DNA from: Thermoplasmata archaeon
Lineage (GTDB): Archaea > Thermoplasmatota > Thermoplasmata > Halarchaeoplasmatales > Halarchaeoplasmataceae
NCBI GenBank assembly: GCA_003552585.1
Contig: PUNK01000039.1
Coordinates: forward strand, 7,021 to 71,020
Length of the DNA stretch: 64,000 nt
Reading direction: 5' to 3'
In this document: positions 1 to 10,862 of the stretch, piece by piece
How the letters are laid out: every line of letters begins with the position of its first letter
Numbering within the stretch: the first letter of the stretch is position 1
The notes under the pieces: generated by a model
The model's database searches: none
Seen by the model: the letters and a program-made list of their open reading frames with translations, nothing else
What the model was told of the DNA's origin: nothing
Made by a program: the position numbers and the translations under genes

Positions 1-286
1 TGCCCAGTTTAGGTTGGAACCGCTAGGCGAACACACGATCAAAGTGTGTCACGGAACGGCGTGTCATGTCAAAGGAGCAGATAGGGTGAACGACTCCATT
101 GAATCGGTTTTGAATATCAAAAGCGGTGAGACTACCGATGATGGACTCTTTACATTCGAAAGAGTTGCCTGCCTTGGTTGCTGCAGCCTCGCACCGGTCA
201 TGATGGTCGATGACACGGTTTACGGAGATTTAGATCGAGAGAAGGTCAAAAAGGTCATAAATAGATTCAGAGGTGATAGTGAATGA
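1..286 (+). CDS. NuoE/HoxE/HydC-type thioredoxin-like [2Fe-2S] subunit, 5'-truncated by the window edge
   Basis: Frame is open from base 2 (AQFRLEPLGEH...). The Cys pattern 'KVCHGTACHVKG ... ACLGCCSLAPVMMVD' is typical of NuoE-like proteins. Its stop overlaps the next start (ATGA). Confidence 0.8.
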   Translation, partial: AQFRLEPLGEHTIKVCHGTACHVKGADRVNDSIESVLNIKSGETTDDGLFTFERVACLGCCSLAPVMMVDDTVYGDLDREKVKKVINRFRGDSE

Positions 287-2034
287 AGATAATGCTGGGA
301 TATGCATCATGCGGTATTGCCGCAGGGGCAGCGGAGGTAGAAGAGGTTTTGAAAAAAGAGATAAATAAGAGTGGGATTGAAGTTGATTACAGGAGGGTAG
401 GATGTGTGGGCATGTGCCACAACGAACCTATAATCGAGATCGAGGATGATGGTGTAAGATACACTTATGGAAACCTTGAAATCGAAGATGTGAAGAAGAT
501 CGTAGAGGAGCATTTAAAAAAGAGGGAACCATACAGAAAGAAACTCGTTGTCCCGCCTGAGCAGGAATACGATTACTTCTCCAAACAGAAAAAGATCGTT
601 CTACAAAATAGCGGAGTGATCGATCCCGAAGATATAGACGATTACATTCAGAAAGGGGGATATGATGCCCTTCAGAGAGTTTTGAATGAGATGGAACCCG
701 GAGATGTGATCGAAGAGATCAAAAACAGTAAGCTCCGTGGGAGAGGAGGTGCTGGCTTTCCGACAGGATTGAAATGGCAGTTCGCTGCTGACACACCATC
801 TGATAAGAAATACATAATATGTAACGCCGACGAAGGCGATCCCGGTGCATTCATGGATCGATCCGTTCTTGAAGGAGACCCACACGCGGTGCTCGAGGGG
901 ATGGCTATAGGCGCGTTCGCAACCGGGGCCGATGAAGCGTACATTTACTGCAGGGCCGAATATCCTCTGGCGATCCGTAGATTGAACATAGGGATAAAAC
1001 AGGCAGAGCAGAGAGGATACCTCGGTGATAACATATTGGGTACTGATTTTTCTTTTCATGTTCACGTAAAAGAGGGAGCAGGGGCTTTCGTGTGCGGTGA
1101 AGAAACCGCACTCATGCACTCGGTGGAAGGAGAAAGAGGCATGCCCAGACCAAGACCTCCCTTCCCAGCACAAAAAGGTCTTTTCGGTAAGCCTACGAAC
1201 ATAAATAACGTAGAGACCTGGGCTAACGTACCTTGGATCATAAATAATGGAGCTGAAGCATATCACTCGATAGGAACTGAAAAAAGTGGAGGTACCAAAG
1301 TTTTCGCGCTTGCGGGGAAGATCAGAAGAGGAGGATTGGTGGAAGTTCCCCTGGGCACCACCCTCCGTGAAGTTATCTTCGATATCGGTGGGGGGATAGA
1401 AGGTGAGGCAAAATTCAAAGCGGTACAATTAGGCGGACCCTCCGGAGGTTGTCTGCCGGAAGAATATTTGGATACGCCTGTTGATTACGAAACTCTCACC
1501 GAAGCCGGTGCTATAATGGGGTCTGGCGGGATGGTGGTCATGGATGAAAACGACTGTATGGTAAATGTGGCCCATTATTTCCTAGATTTCACCCAAAAAG
1601 AATCATGCGGAAAGTGTACTTTCTGCAGGGTAGGAACGAAGAGATTGCTCGAGATGCTTGAAAGGTTCTCAAAGGGTGAGGGGTCGGAGGAGGAAATCGA
1701 ACGTTTGAGATCCCTAGCATCGAAGATAAAGTCTTATTCTCTGTGCGGACTGGGCCAAACCGCACCAAATCCAGTACTTACAACTTTAAGGTACTTCTAC
1801 GAAGAGTACGATGAGCATATCAAAGATCAGCACTGTAGGGCGAGGATCTGTCGTCCTATAATCACATACACCATCACCGATGACTGTGTAGGATGTACAA
1901 GATGTGTGGAAGAGTGCCCAGCTGATTCCATCCAAGGTGAAAAAGGTTCAAAACATGTGATCCAGCAAGGTATGTGTGTAAAGTGCGGTGCTTGTTTCGA
2001 GGTGTGTCCGGTTAAAGCAGTGGAGGTGGAATAG
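283..2034 (+). CDS. NuoF/HoxF/HydB-type NADH- and FMN-binding Fe-S subunit
   Basis: 'GRGGAGFPTGLKW' FMN/NADH motif and 'ESCGKCTFCR' 4Fe-4S motif. C-terminal 2x ferredoxin motifs 'CVGCTRCVEECP' and 'CVKCGACFEVCP'. There is also an N-terminal thioredoxin-like Cys domain. Confidence 0.9.
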   Translation: MKIMLGYASCGIAAGAAEVEEVLKKEINKSGIEVDYRRVGCVGMCHNEPIIEIEDDGVRYTYGNLEIEDVKKIVEEHLKKREPYRKKLVVPPEQEYDYFSKQKKIVLQNSGVIDPEDIDDYIQKGGYDALQRVLNEMEPGDVIEEIKNSKLRGRGGAGFPTGLKWQFAADTPSDKKYIICNADEGDPGAFMDRSVLEGDPHAVLEGMAIGAFATGADEAYIYCRAEYPLAIRRLNIGIKQAEQRGYLGDNILGTDFSFHVHVKEGAGAFVCGEETALMHSVEGERGMPRPRPPFPAQKGLFGKPTNINNVETWANVPWIINNGAEAYHSIGTEKSGGTKVFALAGKIRRGGLVEVPLGTTLREVIFDIGGGIEGEAKFKAVQLGGPSGGCLPEEYLDTPVDYETLTEAGAIMGSGGMVVMDENDCMVNVAHYFLDFTQKESCGKCTFCRVGTKRLLEMLERFSKGEGSEEEIERLRSLASKIKSYSLCGLGQTAPNPVLTTLRYFYEEYDEHIKDQHCRARICRPIITYTITDDCVGCTRCVEECPADSIQGEKGSKHVIQQGMCVKCGACFEVCPVKAVEVE

Positions 2035-4986
2035 ATGTCAGAAAAAATCACGATAACAATCGATGGTAAAGAACACGATACAGATAAGGATAGCTCTGTT
2101 CTCGATGCATGCAGAGATAATGGTTACTTCATACCCACCCTTTGTGAGATCGAAAGTATTCCAGATCCTTTCGGAGGTTGTCGAGTGTGTATAGTAGAGA
2201 TCAAAAATGATAGAGGGTGTCTTGTTACCACCTCTTGCGATACCCCCGTATCAGAGGGGATGGAAATAACTACAGAGAACCAGGAGATAATAGAAGGTAG
2301 AAGAGCCGCTCTCGAGCTCTTGCTTTCAGAGCACACTGGGGACTGTGTAGCCCCATGCTCTTTAGAGTGTCCAGCTAGTTTAGATGTGCAAGGGTACCTA
2401 GCTCACATAGCCGCAGGAAGACCTAGAGAAGCTGTAAAATTGATCAAAGAAAAGAGTCCCCTCGCCTTGTCTTTGGGAAGGGCTTGTTTTGCACCCTGTG
2501 AAGAAGAGTGCAGAAGAGAATTGGTAGAAGATCCTATCGCTATCCGGCAAATGAAACAATTTGCAGCAGAGGAGGATATCATCGACCCGTGGACACCGAA
2601 GATACCGAAAGAAACGGGTAAAAGTGTGGGGGTTGTTGGAGGGGGACCTTCAGGACTTACTGCAGCCTATTTCCTTCGTCTAAAAGGACATCATGTAAAA
2701 ATATACGATATGATGCCAGAACTCGGAGGGATGATGCGTTACGGAATCCCCAATTATAGGCTACCAAAGGACCTGCTGGATAAGGAGATAGGCTGGATCT
2801 TGGACCTTGGTGTAGAGGCTGAAACCGATATAAAGATAGGAAAGGACATCTCACTTGAAGAGATCAGGGATGAACATAACGCTGTTTTCCTTTCCACAGG
2901 TGCTTGGGAGAGTTGGATGATCCCTATAGAAGGTGTCGATCTTCCTAACGTTTATGGCGGTATAGACTTCCTAGTCGACCACACCCTGGGTAGGGAGATA
3001 GATATAGGGGATAAGATACTCGTTGTCGGTTGTGGAAACACCGCAATGGATGTTGCTCGAACTGCCCGCCGCATGGGGAAAGACGTTACGATCGTTTACC
3101 GTAGAACCGAGGAACAGGCCCCTGCGTCTAAAGAAGAGCTAAAGGAGGCGAAGGAAGAAGGGATAAAGTTCAAGTTCCTAGTTAATCCGGAGAAGATATG
3201 TGGTTGTCGAGAAGATGGGGTGGAAAGGGTGGAATGTGCAAAGATGGAGTTGGGCGAACCTGATTCTTCAGGAAGACCAAGACCTGTTAAAATAGAGGGT
3301 GAAACGATGGAACTGGAGGGAGATACTGTCATCCTTGCCATAGGACAATCACCGGAAACCGAGTTGCTCGAGAGGGAGGGGTTAAAAGTGGAGAACTATA
3401 CCTTATGGATGGACGAAAAGTTCAAGACCAACTTTGATGGTGTATTTACGGCTGGAGATGTTGTTTTGGGACCTTCATCGATAGTTGAATGTACAGGCCA
3501 GGCAAGAGAAGCGGCATTGGCTATCGACGCATATCTTTCAGGAACTTACGATGTCTATTCCGTTCCCGAAGACTACAAAATACCCTTCGGATACGTTCAT
3601 ACCGACGAAAAAAGTGAAGAAGATTTCCTAGATTGGAACCGTTTTTCAAGGAAGAAAATGCCCGTTCTATCACCTGATGAAAGAGTAAAGAACTTCGATG
3701 CCATCGAACTCGGTTTCGAGAGTGAGGAGGCTGTAGAAGAGGCTGAAAGATGTGTTGAATGTGGATGCTTAGACAGATTTGAATGTTTGCTCAAAGAATA
3801 TTCCACCCTATACGGAGTTGAACAGGAAACCTACCAGGGATTCAAATACGAATACGAAGTAGATGATTCTCATCCCAGGATCATAAGAGAGCCTGGAAAG
3901 TGTATACTATGCGGTTCCTGTGTACGCACGTCTGAAGAACACAGCGAAGGGGTTGTAGATTTCACTCACAGAGGGCTGAAGACGGTCGTGGAACCGGCCT
4001 TCGGAGAACCCCTTGGAAATATAAGCAGTAAGCTGATAGGTGACTTGGCGGATAATTGTCCTACAGGGGCCTTCGAAGAGAAGATAAAAGCTACAAAACC
4101 AGGTCCGTTTGAATTGGAAGAGATGGGGGGAACATACTGTGCCGGCTGTACACTCGGCTGCCCGATATCAGTATGGGGTTTAGACGGTCTGCCGATGAAA
4201 CTTAAAGGAGTACCGGGTCCGGTCTTTAACGGACACATTTGTGATATAGGCAAGTTCGATACTTTACCAGTCCTAGATGATAGACCCGTATCACCGATGA
4301 TAAAAAACGATCAAGGGTATGTTCCAGCAACTATTCATGAGGTGTCCGCTCTTCTTACTGGAAAGGTGGATATCCTCATCTCACCCTCGGCTACGAACGA
4401 AGAAATCGATGTTTTAAAGAAAATAGCTGATTCTACAGGAGGAAAATTGTGGTGCCATCAAAAGGTATACGTCCATGGTGTAGGTTTCGATGACCTATCG
4501 AGCTCGAGTCACATATACGTGGATCAGGAGGTGTATCAGTTATCCCCATTGTTCAAACATCTTGTCAAGCGTGTAAAAGAAAAAGGAGCAAATACGGTTA
4601 AAAATTTAGAGAAATCTAACTTTGCAATCGTTGCTGGAAGGAAAGTGGAAGCAGCGCACATCGTCGCTCAGAGTGGTGCTAATCCCTGTGGACTTGCTGA
4701 ACTGGGAGTGTCCCAAGAGCCAGGTGATGGTGATTCACTCATTGTATATGACACAGAGGTACCTGAAGAGCACGATTATGATACGGTGGTTCAACTGGTG
4801 AGTGAAGGAGATATCATCTCTTCAGATTCAGACGGTCTTATCCCACTAAACTCGTGGCTGGAAAAAACAGGGACGATCATCAATGCATTCGGAGAGAGAT
4901 TGGATATAAAGCCGGTTATGGATCCACCTTTTTCCCAAAACATCGAAATAATAGAGACGATATCGGAGTATGAAGATGGATCTTAG
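2035..4986 (+). CDS. Chimeric Fe-S flavoprotein: 2Fe-2S ferredoxin, GltD-like NAD(P)H/FAD domain, NuoG/FdhA-like Fe-S clusters and a truncated molybdopterin-oxidoreductase-like tail
   Basis: N-terminal 'GGCRVCIVE' 2Fe-2S. GltD-like 'GRACFAPCEEECRR', 'VGVVGGGPSGLTAAYFL' and 'ILVVGCGNTAMDVA'. 'CILCGSCVRT' and 'CPTGAF' 4Fe-4S motifs. 'YCAGCTLGCPISV...GHICDIG' is a MopB-type 4Fe-4S. Only about 240 aa follow, too short for a catalytic MopB domain. Confidence 0.75.
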   Translation: MSEKITITIDGKEHDTDKDSSVLDACRDNGYFIPTLCEIESIPDPFGGCRVCIVEIKNDRGCLVTTSCDTPVSEGMEITTENQEIIEGRRAALELLLSEHTGDCVAPCSLECPASLDVQGYLAHIAAGRPREAVKLIKEKSPLALSLGRACFAPCEEECRRELVEDPIAIRQMKQFAAEEDIIDPWTPKIPKETGKSVGVVGGGPSGLTAAYFLRLKGHHVKIYDMMPELGGMMRYGIPNYRLPKDLLDKEIGWILDLGVEAETDIKIGKDISLEEIRDEHNAVFLSTGAWESWMIPIEGVDLPNVYGGIDFLVDHTLGREIDIGDKILVVGCGNTAMDVARTARRMGKDVTIVYRRTEEQAPASKEELKEAKEEGIKFKFLVNPEKICGCREDGVERVECAKMELGEPDSSGRPRPVKIEGETMELEGDTVILAIGQSPETELLEREGLKVENYTLWMDEKFKTNFDGVFTAGDVVLGPSSIVECTGQAREAALAIDAYLSGTYDVYSVPEDYKIPFGYVHTDEKSEEDFLDWNRFSRKKMPVLSPDERVKNFDAIELGFESEEAVEEAERCVECGCLDRFECLLKEYSTLYGVEQETYQGFKYEYEVDDSHPRIIREPGKCILCGSCVRTSEEHSEGVVDFTHRGLKTVVEPAFGEPLGNISSKLIGDLADNCPTGAFEEKIKATKPGPFELEEMGGTYCAGCTLGCPISVWGLDGLPMKLKGVPGPVFNGHICDIGKFDTLPVLDDRPVSPMIKNDQGYVPATIHEVSALLTGKVDILISPSATNEEIDVLKKIADSTGGKLWCHQKVYVHGVGFDDLSSSSHIYVDQEVYQLSPLFKHLVKRVKEKGANTVKNLEKSNFAIVAGRKVEAAHIVAQSGANPCGLAELGVSQEPGDGDSLIVYDTEVPEEHDYDTVVQLVSEGDIISSDSDGLIPLNSWLEKTGTIINAFGERLDIKPVMDPPFSQNIEIIETISEYEDGS

Positions 4987-6010
4987 AAAAAGGATGTTCG
5001 AAGAAAACCGATACAAAAAAAGAAGTGATAAAAGAAACCTGGTCGCCACTTGGAGTGACCGAGAACTTTTAGATGGTGAACTTGAAGAGGCATTCACGGT
5101 CATATTTAGGACCCGCGGCTGTGGATGGGCACACCGGATGGGTTGTACAATGTGCGGTTACCATACTGATACCAATCCAGACATATCTAACGAAGATATA
5201 TCCAAACAACTAGAGGAAGCACTCTCCCGGTACAACGGTGAGACGATCGTTAAATTATACACTTCAGGTAGTTTCCTCGATCCCAAGGAGATCCCCAAAG
5301 ACCTTGCACAGAAAATCATCTCTTCCTTCGACTGCTCGAAAACAGTCATCGAAAGTAGGCCGGAATATGTAAATCAGGAGGTACTAAAGGATCTTAAAGT
5401 AGACGAAAAGAGTTTAGAGATAGCCATAGGTTTGGAGTCTGCTGACGACTTCGTCTTAAAAAATTGTATAAACAAAGGGTTCACGTTCAAAGATTATATG
5501 TCTGCTAGAAAGATTGTTCTAGATGCTGGATGCGGATTGCGGACATATCTCCTTCTTAAACCACCGTTTCTTACAGAGAAAGAGGCTATGGATGATCTGA
5601 TCAAGTCCATAGAGAGGATATCCCATAAAAGAAATCTGATTTCCATAAACCCAGTTAATGTCCAAAACAACAGCTTCCTTGAGCATCTTTTCAGGCTCGA
5701 TATGTACAGACCGCCATGGCTTTGGTCACTATTAGAGATTTTGAAAGAGATAAAAAGCACAAATAATATAGTAATATCTCGGGCAGGATTGGGGGGTAAA
5801 AGAGGAGCTCACAACTGCGGTGGATGTGATAAAGAGATAGTAGATCTCTTGGATGATTTCAACCGGACCAGAGATATCGAAAAGCTATCTCGAGGCATAC
5901 CTGAATGCGACTGTAAAAAAATATGGAGATCTGATAATTGGATCGAACCGGCCTTACACTTTAGGGGAAGTCCTGAGATACTAAGCAACAGATACGCTGG
6001 CTACGTCTGA
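4970..6010 (+). CDS. Radical SAM protein, archaeosine-biosynthesis RaSEA-like family
   Basis: 'RTRGCGWAHRMGCTMCGY' is a Cx7Cx2C cluster motif. The ~346 aa size and 'KLYTSGSFLD' resemble the archaeal RaSEA-type family; this is from memory, not a search. Confidence 0.55.
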   Translation: MKMDLRKRMFEENRYKKRSDKRNLVATWSDRELLDGELEEAFTVIFRTRGCGWAHRMGCTMCGYHTDTNPDISNEDISKQLEEALSRYNGETIVKLYTSGSFLDPKEIPKDLAQKIISSFDCSKTVIESRPEYVNQEVLKDLKVDEKSLEIAIGLESADDFVLKNCINKGFTFKDYMSARKIVLDAGCGLRTYLLLKPPFLTEKEAMDDLIKSIERISHKRNLISINPVNVQNNSFLEHLFRLDMYRPPWLWSLLEILKEIKSTNNIVISRAGLGGKRGAHNCGGCDKEIVDLLDDFNRTRDIEKLSRGIPECDCKKIWRSDNWIEPALHFRGSPEILSNRYAGYV

Positions 6011-6415
6011 ATGACGCATCATTATCATGCGAGCTATCGAGAGATTTTTTCCTTTCGTTCCTATCGCCCGAGCTTTATTCTCCGGCTTGACCTCGACTGT
6101 TCCATGTTTTACATCGTTCTTTTCTTTTATCTCGATATCTTTAACACCGTAGCTGTAGAAAATGTTCGCAAGTAATTTTTCTGGATCTTCGCTGTACTCT
6201 ATAACATGAACGTTCCTTCCTAATTTTTCCCTCACCTTGGTAACGGTCTGTCCACCCTTTCCAATTGCCTTCTCGATGTCTCCTTTTTCAACCAAGAATA
6301 TAACTTTTTCAGGAATATCTATACAGTCTTTGACTTTTGCACCAGTGATATCTTCGAAGAGTGTCATATATCGAAGGGTTTTTTGGTTAAGCTTGATATC
6401 TTCCATACAGTTCAA
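5981..6415 (-). CDS. nusA: Archaeal NusA-like transcription termination/elongation factor (two KH domains)
   Basis: 144 aa with 'GKGGQTVTKVREKLG' and 'IGTKGKNLSIARMI' GxxG KH motifs. It sits in the conserved position after rpl30e in the rpo operon. Confidence 0.85.
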   Translation of the reverse strand: MNCMEDIKLNQKTLRYMTLFEDITGAKVKDCIDIPEKVIFLVEKGDIEKAIGKGGQTVTKVREKLGRNVHVIEYSEDPEKLLANIFYSYGVKDIEIKEKNDVKHGTVEVKPENKARAIGTKGKNLSIARMIMMRHSDVASVSVA

Positions 6416-6696
6416 CTCTTTAAAGACAATACGTTCGACTCTCCCTGTTCTATGACGGTTAAAACCGACACGGCAAATGGTTTTCCAGCGGCTGAGCCCA
6501 GGTTCTTATTTGTGCCCTCGAATTGGTATATGGGAACACCGTTGTATTCCTCCTTCAGAAAATTCTTTTCGGGACAGTTTTTTGCGACTATCAAGAGTTT
6601 AGCATTTCCATCTTCGACCGCTTTTTTAGATTGATCCACCCCTAAAAGGGTTTTACCCGTGTTCACGGCCAACCTGATTTCTCTGTTAACATCCAT
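6412..6696 (-). CDS. rpl30e: 50S ribosomal protein L30e
   Basis: 94 aa with 'LAVNTGKTLLGVDQSKKAVEDGNAKLLIVAKNCP'. Operon position is between rpoA2 and nusA. Confidence 0.9.
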   Translation of the reverse strand: MDVNREIRLAVNTGKTLLGVDQSKKAVEDGNAKLLIVAKNCPEKNFLKEEYNGVPIYQFEGTNKNLGSAAGKPFAVSVLTVIEQGESNVLSLKS

Positions 6697-6759
6697 AAAT
6701 ATAAGCCTCCTATACTTGGATATTCTGGATAGGCATGATATCTCTCGTATATAATAGTT

Positions 6760-8193
6760 TTACTCTCCTAAAGCTTTTTTAGGATTGTATTTGACCTCGA
6801 CAGCACCGGTACCCTGGGTTATCGGCTGCCCTACTATTATGTTCTCCGCCACACCGTCCAATTTGTCAACTTCACCCATTATAGCCGCCCGTAGAAGATG
6901 GGTGCTTGTGATCTCGAATGCTGCTCTAGCGAGTACGCTGGTTTTCTTTCCCGACACACCATGCCTTCCTATAGCTTTCAAATCTCCCTCATTGGTCATC
7001 ATGTCGGCCACAAGCATTATGTGCCTGGTATCGACCTCTAGTCCCTGTTCATCAAGTGTCTCTTCTGCTTCCCGGATCAATGAATTTCTTGCGGCTTCGA
7101 CACCAAGGACATTGTAAATCTCATAAGGACTATTTGATAGAGTATTCGTTATGTCCACTCCTTCAACTCTCAACACTCCTTCAAGATTTGAGCCCTCCGT
7201 GTAGATAACATATTCATCACCTAGATCCCTCAAGATAGCCCTTTTTACACCCTTGAGGCCTTTGATCTTGGTACTCTTTGCCTCTTCAACCACATTGTGG
7301 AGAAGCGAATACTTTGGTTCTGTAGGACTTATATATATGTTGCCACCTGTGACCTCGACATCTCCTTTTACACTTCTAGTCTTTTTTAAACGAGAAGATA
7401 TATCACCCAGCTCAACGTTCATCTCCTTCATTTTCTTTTTATCGGGTCTTATAGCCACCTTCATGGAAGTCAGATCTATATCCACGTCGGCGAGATCTAT
7501 TAGCCTTGTCACTTCCAATTTCGATGAAACCTCTTTTGCCTTATCTCTGTCCTTCTTATAATCATCGTCAAGATGCACTATCATCATCGGTGTGCTGGGC
7601 ACCTTCCTTGCATCAACAATCTCAATCATACGAGGAAGACCTTGGGTTACACCGATCTCAGCCACACCAGCAAAGTGAAAGGTCTTCATGGTCATCTGTG
7701 TACCGGGTTCTCCGATCGATTGGGCGCTGACTACCCCGATAGATTCCTTAGGATCCACCTTTCTGTCGTAATATTTTTCCTTTATCAACTTCAAAATCAG
7801 AGGATAGTCGTCTTTTGAAATATCCTCCCTCTCGATCATGTTTGCTGCATCCTCTAAGACCCTTCTGGGCAATTCGTAACCCTTCTCTTCTGCTAATTTT
7901 TCTAGCTCTCTGGCCGTGCCCTCCAATGAAGAAAATTTTTTAGGCACTTCAAATATCTTCTTTTCCTTCTTTTTCTTAGTCTTTTTACGACCTTTCTTCC
8001 TTTTCTTGGTTCTTTTACCGATAGTTTCACGGACATCCTTCGCCTTCTTCTTGTCTCCAAGCACCTCTTCCAAATCATCCAATGTGGCTGATTTCACATC
8101 TCCAAGGAGCATCCCTGCTTCGGCTAAAGTAACCGCCACCTCTTCGTCCAACCCTCTCCTTATGAGGGCGTTGATAGTGTCCTTTCTAGCCAT
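6760..8193 (-). CDS. rpoA2: DNA-directed RNA polymerase subunit A'' with an N-terminal extension
   Basis: '[20 protein letters not shown]' and '[20 protein letters not shown]'. It immediately follows rpoA1. Confidence 0.95.
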   Translation of the reverse strand: MARKDTINALIRRGLDEEVAVTLAEAGMLLGDVKSATLDDLEEVLGDKKKAKDVRETIGKRTKKRKKGRKKTKKKKEKKIFEVPKKFSSLEGTARELEKLAEEKGYELPRRVLEDAANMIEREDISKDDYPLILKLIKEKYYDRKVDPKESIGVVSAQSIGEPGTQMTMKTFHFAGVAEIGVTQGLPRMIEIVDARKVPSTPMMIVHLDDDYKKDRDKAKEVSSKLEVTRLIDLADVDIDLTSMKVAIRPDKKKMKEMNVELGDISSRLKKTRSVKGDVEVTGGNIYISPTEPKYSLLHNVVEEAKSTKIKGLKGVKRAILRDLGDEYVIYTEGSNLEGVLRVEGVDITNTLSNSPYEIYNVLGVEAARNSLIREAEETLDEQGLEVDTRHIMLVADMMTNEGDLKAIGRHGVSGKKTSVLARAAFEITSTHLLRAAIMGEVDKLDGVAENIIVGQPITQGTGAVEVKYNPKKALGE

Positions 8194-10862
8194 CAGGAAC
8201 CACCCCTTCTCTTAGTAGCTTTGAACTCTGTAACTATATCGTCCATGTCAACAGCCTTACCCGACTTACTTCTCATCGGGTCAATCCCATCTTCTCCAAA
8301 TTCAAACTGGATAACGGTATCATCAGTGTTCTTGACGGACCCGTCGTCGTAAACCATAAGGTCCTCCATCGCGTGTATGAGACGCCTCTGCATGTAACCT
8401 GATCGGCTTGTTCTGACAGCCGTGTCTACAAGTCCTTCACGTCCTGCCATGCTGTGGAAGAAGTATTCTACGGGTTGAAGTCCCTCTTTGTAGGATGACT
8501 TAACGAATCCTCTAGCCTCCGCACCGAGTGAACCTTTCTTAAAGTGAGACAATGTTCTTTCTTCATATCCTCGACTGGGGCGCTCTCCTCTGATAGCCTG
8601 TTGTCCAAGAGCAGCAGCCATCTGGCTCAAGTTCAACATACTCGCCCTAGCACCTGTCCTGGCCATAACAACCACGTTGTTTCCAAGACCAAGATACTTA
8701 CTGGCGATCTTGCCTGCGTTGTCTCTTGCCTTTCCGAGTTCCTGCATAGCCCTTACTTCAAGTGTTTCCTCTACAGTTCTACCGGGCATCTGTTCGAGAT
8801 TCCCCTCAACATATTCCTCTGCAAGTCGCTTCACCTTACCTGCAGCTTTGTCCAAGACCTCGTCTATTTGTCTCATGGCTGCTCTTGGCACATCTTCATC
8901 CTTTATAGAAGTCGTGAAACCTCGAAGGGTGATAACTCCCAATGAGATCGTTGTTATCTTATCTATAAACTCTCTAGCTTTGTCGGTTCCCATGTCTCGA
9001 GCTATCTTATCGATAATCTCACCTTGGAACGCTCCAATGCCTCTTTCATCTATGGTTCCGGTTTTTAGTTGACCGTCTTCTATAGATACATAAGCATCTT
9101 CAGGACATTCTTTTTCCTTACATTCTTTACAAGTTTCACATATGGAAGACCTAAATTCCAGGTTCAGGTCATCAGGTAAAAAATGGCTGAAGATATCTTT
9201 TCCATACCACATCTTTTCTCCTTCGACCTCAACGGAGGGTGGGAAATTCTCAGTTTCTAGATTTGAGAATATACTTACCACTTCCCTCCTACTGAAAAGA
9301 GGATTATCGTGGGTCAAGAAAAACAGACCGCTTATATGGTCCTGAGTAGCACCGATTATAGGGCCACCAAATCTAGGAGACAATATGTTCTCCTGTACCC
9401 TCATTATCACCTTAGCTTCTGCACGTGCTTCCTCGCTCTGAAGCACATGAAGGTTCATCTCGTCACCATCAAAATCTGCGTTGTAAGGAGGGCACACAGC
9501 GAGATTTAACCTGAATGTCTTACCTGGAACTATCTTGACCTCATGAGCCATCATGGACATCCTGTGGAGTGATGGCTGTCGGTTGAAGAGAACTATGTCT
9601 CCTTCTTTCAAACCCCTCTCAACGGTGAATCCTACTTCTATCTTCTCAGCGACATTCTCCGCATTGGTTTCAGTAACTCGTATCCGTCTTCCATCTGGCC
9701 TGAAGATGTAGTTTGCACCAGGCAGATATTTACCTCTCTCAGTTGGATTCGGGCCTCTAGCAACCATCTCTTTAATTCTATCGATATTTTCAGGTGTAAC
9801 TCTTATAGGTACGGTCAACTCTCGTGCTGCTTTTTTCGGAACACCCACCTGATTTATGGACAACCAAGGGTCCGGTGAAATCACTGTCCTAGACGAAAAA
9901 TTTACTCTCTTACCGCTGAGATTTTGACGGAACCTTCCCTCTTTACCTTTCAACCTCTGTATCAAAGTTTTTAACGTCCTGCCACTACGGTGCCTTGCAG
10001 GTGGGATTCCTGATGTTTGATTGTCAAAGTATGTGTTCACATGGTATTGTAAAAGGTCCAAAAGATCCTCTACGATCAGCTGAGGTGAACCCACATCACG
10101 ATTCTCTCGCAATCTTTGATTTATACGAAGTATGTCCACGAGTTTGTGGGTAAGATCGTCTTCAGAGCGATCGCCGGATTCCAAAGTTATCGAAGGTCTA
10201 ACTGTAACTGGAGGAACTAAAAGAACCGATAAAACCATCCATTCCGGTCTAACTACCTCCGGGTTAAGACCTAAGGGGATCAAGTCCTTGTCGGGTATCC
10301 TTTCCAGTCTTGCTCTGACCTCCTTAGGGGTTAGTTTGGTGTTATCTTCTCTGAAAGTTGTAGGCTTATCTAGCATTATCTTTCTCTGCTCGGACTTGCA
10401 GTGAGGACATACCTTGTTCTTCCTCGCAGCCTTTGAAATCTCCTTAGCTAGTGCCCTCTGATCTAGGGGGTCTCCACCTATCTTTTTCAGCTGTTCAAGT
10501 TCCTCTATATAATGATCCCTCTCTTCATCCTCCATCAATACTCTGCCGCATTCGCTACAGGATGACCGGAGAAGCTTCTTGATCTCTTTCACATACCCTA
10601 CATGAATCACGGGCATGGCTAGTTCGATGTGGCCAAAATGGCCGGAACACTGATCGACCCGCCCACCACATGTTTTACATCTCAAACCGGGCTCGATAAC
10701 ACCTAGATGGGTGTCCATCAATCCCATCTCGATGGGGAATCCGTCATCATCATATGTATCGGGTGTTATTATTTTAGTAGCGGAAAGTTTCCTTATCTCC
10801 TTTGGTGACATGTAGGCAAATTTGATAGATCCTATCCTCTTCGTAATTCCTTTATTCATCAT
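8193..10862 (-). CDS. rpoA1: DNA-directed RNA polymerase subunit A'
   Basis: Catalytic '[12 protein letters not shown]', N-terminal Zn motifs 'CKTCGG...CSGHFGH', 889 aa. Confidence 0.97.
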   Translation of the reverse strand: MMNKGITKRIGSIKFAYMSPKEIRKLSATKIITPDTYDDDGFPIEMGLMDTHLGVIEPGLRCKTCGGRVDQCSGHFGHIELAMPVIHVGYVKEIKKLLRSSCSECGRVLMEDEERDHYIEELEQLKKIGGDPLDQRALAKEISKAARKNKVCPHCKSEQRKIMLDKPTTFREDNTKLTPKEVRARLERIPDKDLIPLGLNPEVVRPEWMVLSVLLVPPVTVRPSITLESGDRSEDDLTHKLVDILRINQRLRENRDVGSPQLIVEDLLDLLQYHVNTYFDNQTSGIPPARHRSGRTLKTLIQRLKGKEGRFRQNLSGKRVNFSSRTVISPDPWLSINQVGVPKKAARELTVPIRVTPENIDRIKEMVARGPNPTERGKYLPGANYIFRPDGRRIRVTETNAENVAEKIEVGFTVERGLKEGDIVLFNRQPSLHRMSMMAHEVKIVPGKTFRLNLAVCPPYNADFDGDEMNLHVLQSEEARAEAKVIMRVQENILSPRFGGPIIGATQDHISGLFFLTHDNPLFSRREVVSIFSNLETENFPPSVEVEGEKMWYGKDIFSHFLPDDLNLEFRSSICETCKECKEKECPEDAYVSIEDGQLKTGTIDERGIGAFQGEIIDKIARDMGTDKAREFIDKITTISLGVITLRGFTTSIKDEDVPRAAMRQIDEVLDKAAGKVKRLAEEYVEGNLEQMPGRTVEETLEVRAMQELGKARDNAGKIASKYLGLGNNVVVMARTGARASMLNLSQMAAALGQQAIRGERPSRGYEERTLSHFKKGSLGAEARGFVKSSYKEGLQPVEYFFHSMAGREGLVDTAVRTSRSGYMQRRLIHAMEDLMVYDDGSVKNTDDTVIQFEFGEDGIDPMRSKSGKAVDMDDIVTEFKATKRRGGS

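Noticed and set aside
601-1428. 275-aa ORF on the minus strand inside the NuoF-like gene.
   Set aside because: It is fully antisense to a gene with unmistakable conserved motifs and has no recognisable features. It is a shadow ORF.
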